Source of the DNA: Dubosiella newyorkensis
GTDB lineage: Bacteria > Bacillota_I > Bacilli_A > Erysipelotrichales > Erysipelotrichaceae
Length of the DNA stretch: 8,932 nucleotides
Assembly (NCBI RefSeq): GCF_001945605.1
Contig: NZ_MPKA01000020.1
Coordinates: 1-8,932 of the forward strand
Direction of reading: 5' to 3'
The first letter of the stretch is position 1, and each line of letters begins with the position of its first letter. Of this stretch, positions 6,183 through 8,932 are shown in pieces. The translations under genes and the position numbers were made by a program. The notes under the pieces are model-generated. The model saw only the letters and a list, made by a program, of their open reading frames with translations. It had not been told where the DNA came from and ran no database searches.

Positions 6183-7980
6183 ATATGGTCGTCCGCAAAA
6201 CTTTTGGAAAACTTTGAAGCGTCTTCTTTCTTATATGGGGAAGCATTCGTTTTTGTTTTTTGTGATCATGGTCTTGGTGGCGGTTTCTGGCTTGGCGAAT
6301 TTGTTTGGGGTGTTCATGATTCGGCCGATTGTCAACGCGCTTGGCGAAGGACAAAGCGAGCAGGCGATGCAGGGCATTTTGATCATGGCAATCATTTTCA
6401 CTTGTGGCGTTCTTTCTTCACTTGGCTATACGCAGATCATGGCGAAAGCGGCTCAAGAAGTCGTCAAAGATCTTAGACATGATTTGTTTGAAAAGATGGA
6501 GTCGCTTCCGATCAAGGTGTTTGATTCGACAAGTCATGGAGATATCATGTCGCGTTTTACCAACGATATCGATACAGTTTCCGACGCGTTGAATAATTCG
6601 TTCGCGATGATGATCCAAGCTTTTATTCAGGCTGTCGGGACTTTGGTGCTTCTTTTTGTGCTCAATTGGAGATTGTCGCTGATCGTAAGCGCGTTCTATA
6701 TCATCATGATGGTGTATATTCGTATTTCAGGGAATACGAGCAAGAAGTATTTTTCTCGCCAGCAAAAACAGCTTGGAATCTTGAATGGATTTGTGGAAGA
6801 GATGATTTCAGGCCAGAAGGTCGTGAAAGTGTTCAATCATGAAGTTCAAAACGAGCTAGATTTTAAAGACAAGAGCGCCGCTTTGCAGACGGTTTCTCAA
6901 AAGGCGCAAAGTTTTGCCCAGACGATGGTTCCTATGGTCGTTTCGCTTTCGTATGTGAATTATGCGATCGTGACGATCGTTGGTGGGCTTATGGTGTGGA
7001 ACGGGAGTATGGATCTTGGTTCTTTGGCTTCGTATTTAGTGTTCGTTCGTCAGGCGGCGATGCCGATCAATCAGTTTACGCAACAATCGAATATGCTTCT
7101 GGTCGCGATTTCGGGCGCGGAGCGAATCTTTGATTTCATGACGATTCCCGAAGAAAAAGATCAAGGCGTCGTCACATTTGAATATGTGGATGGAAAGCCG
7201 ATGTGGCTCCATCCAAGAAGGACGCAGCCTCCAGAATATGTGCCTGTCAAAGGGGAGGTCGAGTTTGTGCATGTGGATTTTGGCTATTCGGCGCATCATC
7301 CAATTTTGCACGATATTTCGGTGTTGGCCCAGCCTGGACAGAAGATCGCTTTTGTTGGCGCGACAGGCGCGGGCAAGACGACGATCACGAATTTGATCAA
7401 TCGGTTTTACGATATTCAAAAAGGACAGATCTTGCTAGATGGGATCGATATTCAGCTGTTCGCTAAAAAAGATTTAAGACGTTCTTTAGGAATCGTATTG
7501 CAGGATACGCATTTGTTCACAGGAACGATCAAGGATAATATTCGTTTTGGCAAGGAAGACGCGAGCATGGAAGAGGTCATTCAGGCCGCGAAGCTTGCCA
7601 ACGCGCACTCGTTTATTGAACGTTTGCCCAATGGATACGAGACGATCATCACCAACGATGGCGCCTCTTTATCGCAAGGGCAAAGGCAATTGATCGCGAT
7701 CGCGCGCACGGCGATCATTGATCCGCCCGTTTTGATCTTGGATGAGGCGACAAGTTCGATCGATACGCGTACTGAAAAACTCATCGAAAAAGGAATGGAC
7801 GCTTTGATGGAAGGAAGAACGGTGTTCGTAATCGCGCATCGGCTTTCAACGATCCAAAACGCCGATACGATCGTTGTCTTAGAAAAAGGCAGGATCATGG
7901 AAGAAGGCAGTCACCAACAACTGCTTCAGAAAAAAGGCATGTATTATCAGCTTCATGAGGGTATGTTCGAATTATCGTAA
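6175..7980 (+). CDS. ABC exporter half-transporter (TMD-NBD fusion), subunit carrying the consensus catalytic residues
   Basis: I start it at ATG 6175 (MAKYGRPQNFWKTLKRLLSYM...), preceded by GAAGGGAGG. This ATG overlaps the upstream stop in the ATGGCTAA arrangement (8-nt overlap), implying translational coupling. Walker A is GATGAGKTT (7357-7383). Walker B is VLILDE with the catalytic Glu (7744-7746). The H-loop is VIAHR (His 7837-7839). The signature deviates as LSQGQ (7669-7683). Confidence 0.95.
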   Translation: MAKYGRPQNFWKTLKRLLSYMGKHSFLFFVIMVLVAVSGLANLFGVFMIRPIVNALGEGQSEQAMQGILIMAIIFTCGVLSSLGYTQIMAKAAQEVVKDLRHDLFEKMESLPIKVFDSTSHGDIMSRFTNDIDTVSDALNNSFAMMIQAFIQAVGTLVLLFVLNWRLSLIVSAFYIIMMVYIRISGNTSKKYFSRQQKQLGILNGFVEEMISGQKVVKVFNHEVQNELDFKDKSAALQTVSQKAQSFAQTMVPMVVSLSYVNYAIVTIVGGLMVWNGSMDLGSLASYLVFVRQAAMPINQFTQQSNMLLVAISGAERIFDFMTIPEEKDQGVVTFEYVDGKPMWLHPRRTQPPEYVPVKGEVEFVHVDFGYSAHHPILHDISVLAQPGQKIAFVGATGAGKTTITNLINRFYDIQKGQILLDGIDIQLFAKKDLRRSLGIVLQDTHLFTGTIKDNIRFGKEDASMEEVIQAAKLANAHSFIERLPNGYETIITNDGASLSQGQRQLIAIARTAIIDPPVLILDEATSSIDTRTEKLIEKGMDALMEGRTVFVIAHRLSTIQNADTIVVLEKGRIMEEGSHQQLLQKKGMYYQLHEGMFELS

Positions 7981-7996
7981 GCAGGTAAAAGAAAAC

Positions 7997-8036
7997 AAAA
8001 GGACCGGATACTGAACAAGGAATCCGATCCTTTTTA
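7997..8036. terminator. Bidirectional rho-independent terminator between the convergent ABC operon and TPR gene
   Basis: GGACCGGAT (8001-8009) pairs with ATCCGATCC (8022-8030) with one mismatch and a 12-nt loop. It is flanked by AAAA (7997-8000) and TTTTT (8031-8035), so a U-run follows the hairpin on either strand. Confidence 0.6.
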
Positions 8037-8041
8037 TGCGC

Positions 8042-8713
8042 TTAATGAAAGTTGAAATTAAATTTTAAATAGGAAACAAGCTTATCCTGCGCGTCCAGAG
8101 CGCGGGAAAAATCATTTTGCGATTTGTAGTAGTCGGTCAATAAAGAATAAAACGGAATTTCCAGTTCAACCGCCCGAAAGTCGGGAAGCAGGGAAGTGAT
8201 CTGAGAAGCCAAAGAAGCGATATCCGGTTCCTGATCCAACACGGCCAGCACGAGCTTCATAAACAGTCCAATAAGAACAGCGCGTTCTTCCTCAAAATTC
8301 TTTTCAAGAAACTCAATCGCGAATTGTCTTGCCAGTTCAAACTGGTGCAGGCGATAGTTGGAGAAGGCGAGAACGATGTAAATGTCGGGGAAAGTGCTTC
8401 CTAAAGAGAGCGCCTGCTTAGCGTATTCAAGGGCTTGTTCATCCTTTTCCTGCATGAATAAACACCAGGCAATATTATCGTAAAGAGATGTCTCTACAAG
8501 ATTATTTTGAATTTGGTCCTTTCTTGATAATAGATTTGAATAAATTAAATTGGCACGTGAATAAATTTTAAGCTTTAAGTAGAGATTCGCTTTATGCATT
8601 TGCACTGTAACAAGCCGCCGATAAGAACCTGATTTCTGTAGATTTGTTTCAGCCTGTTCGATTATTTCTAAAGCAGAATAGTAATTATGGCAATTATTAA
8701 AACGGTAAGCCAA
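8042..8713 (-). CDS. TPR-repeat protein resembling the C-terminal peptide-binding domain of RRNPP (Rgg/ComR/PlcR-type) regulators; start uncertain, possibly a fragment of a disrupted gene
   Basis: 223-aa ORF that begins at a TTG with no recognisable SD. It has repeated helical-hairpin patterns such as NYYSALEIIEQAE, KANLYLKLKIYSRANLIYSNLL, DNIAWCLFMQEKDEQALEYAKQAL, LAFSNYRLHQFELARQFAIEFL and LLTDYYKSQNDFSRALDAQDKL. The frame stays open and TPR-like for another 26 codons upstream of the TTG (EYICSVNRITTNYFVLDKGYTSVEYH) until TAA at 8792-8794. Confidence 0.65.
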   Translation of the reverse strand: MAYRFNNCHNYYSALEIIEQAETNLQKSGSYRRLVTVQMHKANLYLKLKIYSRANLIYSNLLSRKDQIQNNLVETSLYDNIAWCLFMQEKDEQALEYAKQALSLGSTFPDIYIVLAFSNYRLHQFELARQFAIEFLEKNFEEERAVLIGLFMKLVLAVLDQEPDIASLASQITSLLPDFRAVELEIPFYSLLTDYYKSQNDFSRALDAQDKLVSYLKFNFNFH

Positions 8714-8806
8714 GTGATATTCAACTGAAGTGTACCCTTTGTCAAGGACAAAATAATTAGTAGTGATCCTATTTACTGAACAGATGTATTCTTATTTTTG
8801 ATTTTA

Positions 8807-8932
8807 TCTTTGTTTACTCTCCGTATACATTTCGATTTCGACTTGCAGATAAATATTTATGCAGTGTCTCTTTACAATGGGTTGTCCCTTGGTAAACTGC
8901 CGTGCCTTCTGCGAAATGGTGATCCATTCATT
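8807..8932 (-). pseudogene. Possible remnant or 5' part of an XRE-type HTH domain, in the same frame as the TPR ORF but cut off by two TAA codons; open at the right window edge
   Basis: Minus-strand translation from 8932 gives NEWITISQKARQFTKGQPIVKRHCINIYLQVEIEMYTESKQR, then TAA (8804-8806), NQK, TAA (8792-8794), then the TPR frame. ITISQKARQFTKGQ loosely resembles the recognition-helix region of ComR/Rgg-type HTH domains ('LTVRQLIRIEKGES'-like). That similarity comes from memory and is weak. Confidence 0.3.

Noticed and set aside
4910-7898. Short ORFs within or antisense to the ABC genes (for example 4962-5258-, 5883-6176-, 7036-7419-, 7581-7898-)
   Set aside because: All are embedded in two CDSs that show complete Walker A, signature, Walker B and H-loop motif sets. 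They have no independent support.
8735-8752. Small palindrome TTTGTC-AAG-GACAAA (8738-8752) upstream of the TTG start
   Set aside because: It is a 6-bp stem with a 3-nt loop inside what appears to be a continuing (pseudo)coding frame. It is too short to distinguish from chance and no T-run follows it.
8792-8806. Possibility that the two in-frame TAA codons reflect stop-codon reassignment
   Set aside because: TAA terminates five well-supported genes in this same window, at 3445-3447, 4359-4361, 6180-6182, 7978-7980 and 8042-8044. Recoding is therefore very unlikely, and nonsense mutations, gene decay or sequencing error are simpler explanations.
8814-8927. 37-aa minus-strand ORF MDHHFAEGTAVYQGTTHCKETLHKYLSASRNRNVYGE
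   Set aside because: Its upstream signals lie outside the window, it has no recognisable motif, and it overlaps the alternative HTH-like frame. Evidence is insufficient.
8859-8932. Plus-strand open frame MQCLFTMGCPLVNCRAFCEMVIHS... (4 Cys in 18 aa), divergent from the TPR gene; considered as a Cys-rich pheromone or RiPP precursor
   Set aside because: It has no Shine-Dalgarno sequence before the ATG, lies antisense to the more plausible HTH-like frame, and runs off the window after 24 codons. It cannot be supported from this window alone, though it is worth a look if the contig is extended.

Overview
This is a Firmicutes/Bacillota-style segment, judged from AGGAGG-type ribosome-binding sites, sigma-A-like -35/-10 boxes and hairpin+T-run terminators. 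Contents from left to right:
(i) The tnpA-proximal part of an IS607-family insertion sequence on the minus strand. It has a complete serine-recombinase tnpA (925-1566) overlapping a tnpB (RNA-guided nuclease family) gene that runs off the left edge (1-959). The tnpB ORF is missing from the supplied track because it is open-ended.
(ii) A MATE-family efflux transporter (minus, 1675-3009) whose stop codon lies within about 20-100 nt of the IS end.
(iii) A small 90-aa protein (3175-3447).
(iv) A monocistronic gene for a two-TM membrane protein with a very highly charged C-terminal domain built from thirteen 11-residue (33-nt) repeats (3531-4361).
(v) A translationally coupled pair of half-size ABC exporters (4446-6182 and 6175-7980) with the classic asymmetric ATP-site signature, one degenerate and one consensus.
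(vi) A convergent, visibly AT-richer TPR-repeat gene (8042-8713) resembling the C-terminal domain of Rgg/ComR/PlcR (RRNPP) regulators. Two in-frame TAA codons appear to cut it off from a possible upstream HTH segment.
I found no rRNA, tRNA or CRISPR array, and no convincing multi-gene defence system or other novel system. The items most worth follow-up are the 11-mer-repeat membrane protein, the interrupted RRNPP-like regulator, the IS607 TnpB with a non-canonical residue at the expected RuvC-II position, and a strong GATC over-representation that stops at the TPR gene.
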